Positions 28,496-35,676 of a stretch of DNA of 35,676 nt are shown piece by piece. Under the pieces are notes generated by a model. It was given only the letters and a program-made list of their open reading frames with translations. It was not told the DNA's origin and made no database searches. The stretch lies in the NCBI GenBank assembly GCA_039934415.1, contig JBDTME010000001.1:404785-440460 (forward strand), written 5' to 3'. The translations under genes and the position numbers were made by a program. Origin of the DNA: Patescibacteria group bacterium. Lineage in GTDB: Bacteria; Patescibacteriota; Microgenomatia; UBA1400; PJMF01. How positions within the stretch are numbered: the first letter of the stretch is position 1; each line of letters starts with the position of its first letter.

Positions 28496-29361
28496 AGAAT
28501 CTCACTTTCCATTTCCTCGGTTTGAGTAATCCAAGGTAGAACATAGATATCATTGCGTCCGTTATCATGGACTAGCTCACCTTCTCCATTTAAGATGCGT
28601 TCAAATGGTTGGCAGTGCATACAGCCTGCAGCTCCATTTGGACACTTCATAATATTGAGTTTTCTTGCGAGTGAGATTTTTTTGGCGAGTTGTAAGATTT
28701 GATCAAAAGCAGTTTGCAAATCAGGCAACTCTTTCTCCTGCAGTTCATCTGACATTTCTAAATACCAGTAACTCGCTTTCGTGACGGCTCGTTGCTGGCA
28801 GTAATGCACTAACAAATGATAGATAGGTAACTGCAGTGAGTTGGTGTCCTCTTGAGTTTTACTCGTTTTGAAATCTATAATGCTGACGCTATCTGTTTCT
28901 GGGAAATACTCGAGCCAATCAATTTTCCCACACAAAATAATATTATCTTCTTCTGATAACCAAAAATAAGGCAACTCTTGTTTAATCTTGACTGCTAACC
29001 GTGATAACGGACCTTTGACTCGCTCTGCACGCTTCATCATCGCCTCACCACGATCACGATAGCGCTCTTCTTGTTCCATGGAAGAAAATCCACCTCGTTT
29101 TCCAGAAACTTTTTGCCAAGCCTTTTCAAATTTTGACAACAAAGACTCGCGAAACCGCTGATCAGTCGGAAGGACAGATAATGATTCTAAAACTTCATGA
29201 ACAGCCTGACCTAACGCCAATGGAGGCGACATGATTTGAATTTTATGACGAGTGTGAGGGTCTTTATACACATTACGCAAGTAATATCCTCGGGGACATT
29301 TCAAAAAATCACTTAAGGAAGTATGAGACACCCACACTGCGGAGTACTTATCTTTAGCCAT
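28492..29361 (-). CDS. PD-(D/E)XK nuclease (RecB/AddB/Cas4-like)
   Basis: SHTSL..FLKCPRGYY, GQAVH, GKID, IIDFKT, QLPIY and three C-terminal Cys. Confidence 0.88.
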   Translation of the reverse strand: MAKDKYSAVWVSHTSLSDFLKCPRGYYLRNVYKDPHTRHKIQIMSPPLALGQAVHEVLESLSVLPTDQRFRESLLSKFEKAWQKVSGKRGGFSSMEQEERYRDRGEAMMKRAERVKGPLSRLAVKIKQELPYFWLSEEDNIILCGKIDWLEYFPETDSVSIIDFKTSKTQEDTNSLQLPIYHLLVHYCQQRAVTKASYWYLEMSDELQEKELPDLQTAFDQILQLAKKISLARKLNIMKCPNGAAGCMHCQPFERILNGEGELVHDNGRNDIYVLPWITQTEEMESEIL

Positions 29362-29415
29362 GACGTGAATTGTACATCACAACCGACATCCTAGCCACTA
29401 AATGTATCCTACCGT

Positions 29416-30606
29416 CTACTCAGGAATTAATCGGTAAATGTGATCATCCCCACCTCTCACTTTGCCTCGCCCGTCTCTGTTAGAAGTTGCAAAGTAAATA
29501 AATCCATCCGGACCTTGCTCAACTTCTCGGATTCTGCCAACTGTAATCCCATTTAATTTTGATACACGCTCAACTTTACTCGGGTCTTCATTTGAAAATT
29601 CGACGCGCATAATTCCTTCTCCTTTGAGCAATGCAAACAAAAAGTTGTTCTGCAGTTGTGGAAAAATATCACCACTGTAAAACATCGCGCCGGACGGTGC
29701 GACAGCTGGTGTGAATTCTAATACTGGATCAATCATTCCATCCTGGTGAAGTTTGTGATGCACTGTTGGCCAACCGTAATTCTGGCCAGCCATAATAGCA
29801 TTTACTTCATCTCCCCCAGCCGGTCCATCAAACACAGTTGGTCCGTGTTCTGTAGCAAATAACTGACCAGTACCAGGCTGCCAAGCAATTCCTTGCGAAT
29901 TTCGATGGCCCAATGTATACACGTAAGAATTTGGAAAAGGATTATCAGCAGGAATTGAACCATCGGAGTTCATGCGTAAAATTTTTCCACCCAATGAGTT
30001 CATGTCTTGAGCAATTTCTTTAGTAGTGGCATCTCCCGTCGTGACGTACAGCTTCGCGTCTGGACCAAACCTCACTCGACATCCAGCATGATTCGTCGCT
30101 GAGGGAATCGCATCAAGGAGTTGTTTTTCAACAACGGCTGTATCTCCCTCATCTTTCAATCGCACAACTTTATTCTGCAAATTTTTTCCAGATGCATACG
30201 CCAAACAAGCATACAAGAATTTATTTTTGGAGTATTCAGGGTCCATCGCTAACCCCATCAATCCTTCTTCGCCTTTATCAGAAACCTCTGGAAATTTCAT
30301 CAATGGTTGTGGGAGTAATTTATTTTTTTGAACGACCCGTATTGCACCACTTCTTTCGGTAACGAGCATTCGATCGACTGAGGTAAACACAATGCTCCAG
30401 GGGACATATAATCCTTCTACCACCGATTCGACTTTATAATTGACTGAGGCTTTTAGAAAATTACTCTGTAAACTCGTTGGCGAAACACTTTGGGTTATTG
30501 AAGTATCTAATACGCCAATTGCCAAATATGATTTCAGTTTCAGAACAACAAAAACGAGTGCGAGAACTCCGACCAACAATGAAAGTAAGAGTAGTATTTT
30601 TTTCAT
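29416..30606 (-). CDS. PQQ-dependent sugar dehydrogenase (GSDH/Asd beta-propeller), membrane-anchored
   Basis: EEGLMG, NHAGCRVRFGPD..LYVTTGD, GKILR, GHRNSQG, EHGP, NYGWP, APSG, GRIR. Confidence 0.9.
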   Translation of the reverse strand: MKKILLLLSLLVGVLALVFVVLKLKSYLAIGVLDTSITQSVSPTSLQSNFLKASVNYKVESVVEGLYVPWSIVFTSVDRMLVTERSGAIRVVQKNKLLPQPLMKFPEVSDKGEEGLMGLAMDPEYSKNKFLYACLAYASGKNLQNKVVRLKDEGDTAVVEKQLLDAIPSATNHAGCRVRFGPDAKLYVTTGDATTKEIAQDMNSLGGKILRMNSDGSIPADNPFPNSYVYTLGHRNSQGIAWQPGTGQLFATEHGPTVFDGPAGGDEVNAIMAGQNYGWPTVHHKLHQDGMIDPVLEFTPAVAPSGAMFYSGDIFPQLQNNFLFALLKGEGIMRVEFSNEDPSKVERVSKLNGITVGRIREVEQGPDGFIYFATSNRDGRGKVRGGDDHIYRLIPE

Positions 30607-33146
30607 ACATGAACCTTTACTTCTATTTTTTTAGCAAATGAGTAATAAGCCAATTTGGCTGCTTCAGTGACAACAAAGTAAAGCACAACAATGAACATGA
30701 CAATTCCCATCGACTGGGCAGTCGGATGAATAAATTCAAAGACGCGTTGGCCAAAAGCAGTGAATGGGACAACAATACTCGTAATAGCTGCAACCACAGA
30801 TAACCCGATTAAAAGCACACTTGGTCGGACTGAAGTCAGGAAAAACTTCTGAACTCGAATGGAGTAGATGAAAGCTAGCTCGGTGAGCACTGACCCAATG
30901 AACCAGTAGGTCTGTAAATTTGCCGGATTTTGATGAGAAAAAATTGCAAAAAAAGTGAAGTCAAAAAAACTACTCACAATTCCTAGAATAGAAGCTAATG
31001 CCACTACTTCGTGCACCTGATATTTTTTAGGAGCATGCAACTCGTCTGGATCAACAGTGTCAGTTGCAATTGAGATCATCGGAAGATCCGAGAGTAAATT
31101 TAAGAGTAAAATCTGGAGCGGTAACATCGGTAGATTTGAGCTCAGTAATGAAGCCACAGCGACTGCAAAAAAATTACCAAAATTTGAAGACAGTGTGGCT
31201 TGTATATATTTCACTGTGTTGGCAAATACTTCCCGACCTTTCTGAATCCCGTCGACAATCACTCCCAAATCATTATCCAACAGCACGACATCAGCGGCTT
31301 GAGTCGCAATATCTGAAGCTCCATGCACAACGATGCCTACCTGAGCAGTTTTGAGCGCAGGCGCATCGTTAATTCCTTCTCCTAAGAACCCCACACTTTG
31401 GTGATCCTGCAAAATATGAATAATTGCGTGTTTTTGTTCAGGTGAAATCCTAGCAAAAACGTGATGAGAAACGACTGCTTCATGCTGTTCAAGTGGAGAC
31501 AAATTTTCAAACGCTTCACCAGTAATGACTTCGTCACTGGATTGGATTAATCCTACTTTTTGGGCGACGTGCGTCGAAACTTCAGCACTATCCCCCGTCA
31601 GAATCTTCACTTGTACACCCAGCTCCTTTGCTCGTCTAAGCGCGACAACTGCAGAAGATTTGAGGGGATCTTCAAATGCGATCACTCCTACTAACTCACC
31701 ACCCTCAATATCCATCTCACCTTTGATTTCTTTGACAGTCGTCTTACTCACTTTCTTGGTGACTGCCAACACTCGCATTCCTTTTTTTCCTTGGTCACTT
31801 GCCCAAGCTAACGCATTTTTTTTCTCAGCACTACTCGCGTTTGATGCCTTAATAAGTAGTTCAGGCACCCCGCGTACTACAATTTCGTGATGATCTTTGC
31901 GTACAATTACCACAGTACTGCGTCTTCTCATTGGATCAAAAGGTAATACGAGTTCAAAGGTGATAGAGCGAGCCATTTTTTTATCCGCGTCAGATAACTG
32001 TTTCCAGAGTGCGATATTAAAACTATTATTTGGTTCTTTTTTCTGTCTCCCTAAAAACGATGAACCAACTGCAGCAATCATGATCAACTCTCTCTTATCA
32101 TTCCTCAATGTAAATACATCCGCTACACTCAACACGTTCTCGGTCAGAGTACCAGTCTTATCCGTACAAAGCACTTCAATACTGCCAAGATCTTCAATCG
32201 CAGAAAGTCGTTTCACAACGACCTTAAGCTTCGCTAACATCAACGCACCTTGAGACAATGCCAGTGTCGTAACTACAGGCAATCCTTCAGGAATAACACT
32301 AATCGCCAGCGCAATGCAAAAGAAGAGGAGTGAAAAAAGATCAATACTTTCTCGTTTAATCGCGATGTTTAAACCAATGACTATAAGGAGTGTAAAAAAA
32401 ATAACTCGCAAAATAACCTGACTGTACGCAGTAATACTAGTTTCAAAACCACTGACGCGTTTTGCTTGATCAGTTAACTGAGCGATCGAACCAATTTCAG
32501 TGTATAAACCAGTAGCAAACACGACGCCTAATGCTCGACCTACCAAAACATGCGTTCCACTAAATGCAATACACTGTGCTTTAAAAATTTCGTGTGTATT
32601 GATCGGTTCTACACTCTTCTCAACAGAGATCGACTCACCAGTCAAACTACTCTCGTCGATGGTACAGTTAGTGACTTCAATCAACCGCACGTCAGCCGGT
32701 ACAATATCGCCTGCTTCGATAAGGATAATATCACCAGGAACAATAGATCTTCCTTCTACTAACTCTTCTTTTCCTCCGCGCATGACATGAGTCTTTGTCG
32801 TGATAAATTTTTTGAGAAGCTTGATTGATCGCTCTGAGCGATACTCTTGAAAAAAGCTCAGTGACACGTTGATCACAAGAAAAAGAAGTACCATCAAGCC
32901 ATCGATCATTTGCCCCAATGCAAATGACACCATCGTGACGACAACTAAAATGAGTGTAAAAGGGGAAGTGAACTGACGACGCAACACATCCCACCAACCA
33001 ATGTCGTGCTTAATAAACTCGTTTGGTCCGTATTTTTGAAGACGTTCTTTTGCCTGGGAAACTGACAAACCTTCTGAGGTGGATTCCAGTAACTCAAGAC
33101 TGTTTTTCACATCCAGTCCTACCCACTGATCAAAGGTTTTACTCAT
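30603..33146 (-). CDS. P-type cation ATPase, MgtA/P3B-like
   Basis: TGES, PEGL, DKTGT, TGD, GEGINDAPAL, SSNFGN, MLPLQILL.NLLSD; ATG 33146 preferred. Confidence 0.88.
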   Translation of the reverse strand: MSKTFDQWVGLDVKNSLELLESTSEGLSVSQAKERLQKYGPNEFIKHDIGWWDVLRRQFTSPFTLILVVVTMVSFALGQMIDGLMVLLFLVINVSLSFFQEYRSERSIKLLKKFITTKTHVMRGGKEELVEGRSIVPGDIILIEAGDIVPADVRLIEVTNCTIDESSLTGESISVEKSVEPINTHEIFKAQCIAFSGTHVLVGRALGVVFATGLYTEIGSIAQLTDQAKRVSGFETSITAYSQVILRVIFFTLLIVIGLNIAIKRESIDLFSLLFFCIALAISVIPEGLPVVTTLALSQGALMLAKLKVVVKRLSAIEDLGSIEVLCTDKTGTLTENVLSVADVFTLRNDKRELIMIAAVGSSFLGRQKKEPNNSFNIALWKQLSDADKKMARSITFELVLPFDPMRRRSTVVIVRKDHHEIVVRGVPELLIKASNASSAEKKNALAWASDQGKKGMRVLAVTKKVSKTTVKEIKGEMDIEGGELVGVIAFEDPLKSSAVVALRRAKELGVQVKILTGDSAEVSTHVAQKVGLIQSSDEVITGEAFENLSPLEQHEAVVSHHVFARISPEQKHAIIHILQDHQSVGFLGEGINDAPALKTAQVGIVVHGASDIATQAADVVLLDNDLGVIVDGIQKGREVFANTVKYIQATLSSNFGNFFAVAVASLLSSNLPMLPLQILLLNLLSDLPMISIATDTVDPDELHAPKKYQVHEVVALASILGIVSSFFDFTFFAIFSHQNPANLQTYWFIGSVLTELAFIYSIRVQKFFLTSVRPSVLLIGLSVVAAITSIVVPFTAFGQRVFEFIHPTAQSMGIVMFIVVLYFVVTEAAKLAYYSFAKKIEVKVHV

Positions 33147-33199
33147 GTCTCTAGCGTACTTCGAAAGGAGGTTGCCTGGCAAGAGTAAGAGAAGGACTC

Positions 33200-33925
33200 T
33201 TAGTTCGCAGGCGGCTCACCATAGATAATGATCTCTGTACCAGGATTATCTACACTTGCATGCATACTCGTCTTACCTTCTGGTAAAGTTGGAGTCGACC
33301 AGTAGTAAATCTGTTCGGCCTCTTCTGTTTTCATGTTAACGCAGCCATGCGACATTGGATGACCAAAATTATTGTGCCAGTATGTTCCGTGCAAACTAAA
33401 TCCTGCTGAACCTGGAACCTCTGCATTTGAGAAAAACATCACATATGGGACATTTGGCAAATAATAGTAGGTATGCAATGCCTTTGATCCTCCACTCATT
33501 TTGGTGTAACGAAACTTAGTCCAAATATGAAAAGTACCAGTTGGTGTTTTGCCCCATTTACCTGATGAAATTAAAAAATCAAAAACTTTGCGATCTCCTT
33601 CAAAGGCATAAAGACGCTGGTTGGTCAGGTCAACTTCAATGTGTTTATTCGAGGTTGTATCACCCAACACTGGTCTGGGTACTTCTTGTTCTTGTTCTGG
33701 AATATTGACTGATCGATCCAAAAATGTGGCAGTTTGAGCACTTGTATCGTACTGACCAGTTGTGTGTGCAAAATCAACTTCTGCGGCTAATAACTTTGGT
33801 TTGAAATCGGATCCAAAATTCTTCAAAAAGGCAGCCAAATACAAAATCCCCAGCAACAAAGCTATTAAGAAGAAGATAAGAAAAGGCGTACTCATGGTGA
33901 GTGAAGAAGAGTGGGCTTTAGGCAT
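33200..33925 (-). CDS. L,D-transpeptidase (YkuD family)
   Basis: IEVDLTNQRL, ISSG..TPTG, HGTYWH, SHGCVN; N-terminal TM; ATG 33925 preferred. Confidence 0.92.
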   Translation of the reverse strand: MPKAHSSSLTMSTPFLIFFLIALLLGILYLAAFLKNFGSDFKPKLLAAEVDFAHTTGQYDTSAQTATFLDRSVNIPEQEQEVPRPVLGDTTSNKHIEVDLTNQRLYAFEGDRKVFDFLISSGKWGKTPTGTFHIWTKFRYTKMSGGSKALHTYYYLPNVPYVMFFSNAEVPGSAGFSLHGTYWHNNFGHPMSHGCVNMKTEEAEQIYYWSTPTLPEGKTSMHASVDNPGTEIIIYGEPPAN

Positions 33926-34004
33926 GTAACTAGTGTACAGAATTGTCAACAAAAACACTAGTGAATCCTAGCGAGACACTGCTAGCGATGCTATACTTCC
34001 GAAC

Positions 34005-34820
34005 ATGTCACTCCCTCAACAACTTGAGCATCGTATTCAGTCAGAGGTTGATCCAGCTTTCGCGTTACGCGCACGTTATATCTTAGAACGAGTACTAGTA
34101 TTAAAACCAAAAAACATTCTCGATGCTGGGTGTGGTCGAGGATTTTATGCTTCATCATTTTGCGAGTTTCCATTTGTTAAAAAGATCATTGGCATTGATT
34201 TACGAGAGAAATATTTAAAAAAGGCACGAAAGTTTATAAAAGATAAACGCTTAACTTTACAACAAGCTAATATTTATAGACTGCCTTTTAAACCTGAGGT
34301 GTTTGATTTCATCGTTAGTTCAGAAGTGATGGAACATTTACCAGATGATGTCAAGGCTTTGAAAGCACTTCACAAAATTGTTAAAAAAGGTGGAACATTA
34401 ATTATCAGCGTGCCTCACGCGAACTATCCCTTTTTATGGGATCCTTTAAATTGGATTTTAGAAAAGTACTTTCAAACTCATATCAATAAAAATATCTGGT
34501 GGTTAGCTGGCATTTGGGCTGATCACGAGCGACTGTATTCATTGAAAGAAATTACTTCTGCTGCCAAAAAAGCGGGCTGGAAAATCGTGAATACTCAGAG
34601 CGTTGTTCATTACTCCTGGCCACTTTCACATTTCTGGTTATATGGAGTTGGAAAAAATATTGTGGAAAGATTGGGCTCAGATACATTCAATCGTTTTACT
34701 TTGGAACAAAAACCGTTATCAGAACTTCTTGCCAAAATTGTCGCCTGGCCATCACAATTTGATCCCAAGGACATGACTGGCGTATCAAGCGTGGATTTAA
34801 TCGTGGAGTTGAAGAAGTAA
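34005..34820 (+). CDS. Class I SAM-dependent methyltransferase
   Basis: ILDAGCGRG, LPF...FD, EVMEHL, GG.LIISVP. Confidence 0.92.
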   Translation: MSLPQQLEHRIQSEVDPAFALRARYILERVLVLKPKNILDAGCGRGFYASSFCEFPFVKKIIGIDLREKYLKKARKFIKDKRLTLQQANIYRLPFKPEVFDFIVSSEVMEHLPDDVKALKALHKIVKKGGTLIISVPHANYPFLWDPLNWILEKYFQTHINKNIWWLAGIWADHERLYSLKEITSAAKKAGWKIVNTQSVVHYSWPLSHFWLYGVGKNIVERLGSDTFNRFTLEQKPLSELLAKIVAWPSQFDPKDMTGVSSVDLIVELKK

Positions 34821-34852
34821 AAAAAAGCCGTCTCCATGTTTCAGAAGACGGC
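34819..34852 (-). terminator. Intrinsic terminator for the small minus-strand gene
   Basis: Minus strand GCCGTCT-12 nt-AGACGGC followed by T8. Confidence 0.7.
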
Positions 34853-34871
34853 GGGTGAGTTGAATGACTAT

Positions 34872-35048
34872 CTAATGTGCGCGGACCGTATTACGTCCGC
34901 GCCAGGTGGCGCGTTGCCACCCATTTTCTAAATAATCGCTCAGCTCGCTTTTAAAAACTCCCATCACCTCGTCGCCCTTAGCGACAAGGATCACTTTCTC
35001 CGTATCCTTCTGTTTTTTTTTCAAAAAACTGCGCCGATGCTGGCCCAT
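34872..35048 (-). CDS. Small basic hypothetical protein (58 aa)
   Basis: AGGAGG 6 nt before ATG 35048; terminator just after the stop. Confidence 0.65.
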   Translation of the reverse strand: MGQHRRSFLKKKQKDTEKVILVAKGDEVMGVFKSELSDYLENGWQRATWRGRNTVRAH

Positions 35049-35124
35049 GATAGGCCTCCTGTGCACTAAGAAATTCGGAATCGAGATTGTATCACTCAAA
35101 GTGAAAATACACAATACTATAGGA

Positions 35125-35676
35125 TTATTTCTTCACTTCGTGTCCGCCAAACTCATTTCTGAGGACTGAGACTACTTGACCGGTATAGCTTGGTTTATTG
35201 GTCGAATCTATCCTGAATTGGAGTGAACCTTCAATGATCGGTACTGGCACATCTAACTCCTTGGCTGCTTCGACTGTCCACTGTCCTTCACCACTATGTT
35301 TGACAGATCCGGAAATTTCAGCTAGTTCTTGACCATTTTTTTGATACCCTGAAATGAGCCAGCCAATCAATCTAGACTCGATCACGCTGCCGTTGTTATA
35401 GAGCTCAGCTACTTTTTCTAGGTCCAATTTAAAACTCGATTTTTTTAATACTTCAAATCCCTCACCAATGGCTTGCATCATGCCGTACTCAATACCGTTG
35501 TGCACCATTTTGACAAAATGTCCGGCTCCAGCACCAGGAAAAAAGGTATATGCATTTGGTGCAGCAATATCTTGGAACAATGGCTCTATTTGGGGGTATA
35601 TTTCTGCACTACCACCGATCATCACACACGCGCCATTACGTGCACCAGCCGGTCCACCAGATACGCCCGCATCAAA
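35125..35676 (-). CDS. gnd: 6-phosphogluconate dehydrogenase, decarboxylating, short type (5' end outside the window)
   Basis: DAGVSGGP, GAGHFVKMVHNGIEYGMMQ, SGEGQWTV, LRNEFGGH; frame is open to the window edge. Confidence 0.95.
   Translation of the reverse strand, partial: FDAGVSGGPAGARNGACVMIGGSAEIYPQIEPLFQDIAAPNAYTFFPGAGAGHFVKMVHNGIEYGMMQAIGEGFEVLKKSSFKLDLEKVAELYNNGSVIESRLIGWLISGYQKNGQELAEISGSVKHSGEGQWTVEAAKELDVPVPIIEGSLQFRIDSTNKPSYTGQVVSVLRNEFGGHEVKK

Noticed and set aside
28492-29361. Nuclease as evidence of CRISPR-Cas (cas4)
   Set aside because: There is no repeat-spacer array and no cas1 or cas2 in the window; the context is housekeeping.
538-34837. Numerous short ORFs nested in or antisense to the long genes
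   Set aside because: They are shadow frames of well-supported CDSs with no independent signals.
1-35676. Alternative genetic code (UGA as Gly or Trp), tRNA or rRNA genes, IS elements
   Set aside because: TGA ends conserved genes at the expected positions (alaS, mutS, ruvX); no cloverleaf, rRNA signature, transposase or terminal repeats were seen.

Overview
Gene-dense chromosomal window in the standard genetic code, most consistent with a Patescibacteria/CPR genome of Microgenomates type. That assignment is inferred from gene content: a short AlaRS, a membrane-anchored baseplate-J-like protein beside sortase-ruvX-mltG, and several GT-C paralogues. Recognisable genes are mltG, ruvX, a sortase, alaS, rodZ-like, yqeY, mutS, a shortened mutL, flavodoxin, dgkA, four ArnT/PMT-type glycosyltransferases, a stomatin, truB, two NUDIX hydrolases, a PD-(D/E)XK nuclease, a PQQ sugar dehydrogenase, an MgtA-like P-type ATPase, an L,D-transpeptidase, a methyltransferase and the 3' part of gnd. 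Three things not shown by the ORF track stand out. (1) A well-formed cobalamin-type riboswitch with an expression platform (15818-16031) sits directly upstream of a 508-aa Cys/His-rich protein of unknown family, which is the best candidate for an undescribed system. (2) About 14 genes have a -10 box 6-9 nt before the start codon and no Shine-Dalgarno, implying widespread leaderless transcription. (3) A frameshifted XRE regulator lacking its recognition helix lies between mutS and mutL. No tRNA, rRNA, CRISPR array, transposase or prophage was seen. All family calls rest on motif recognition by eye; no searches were run.
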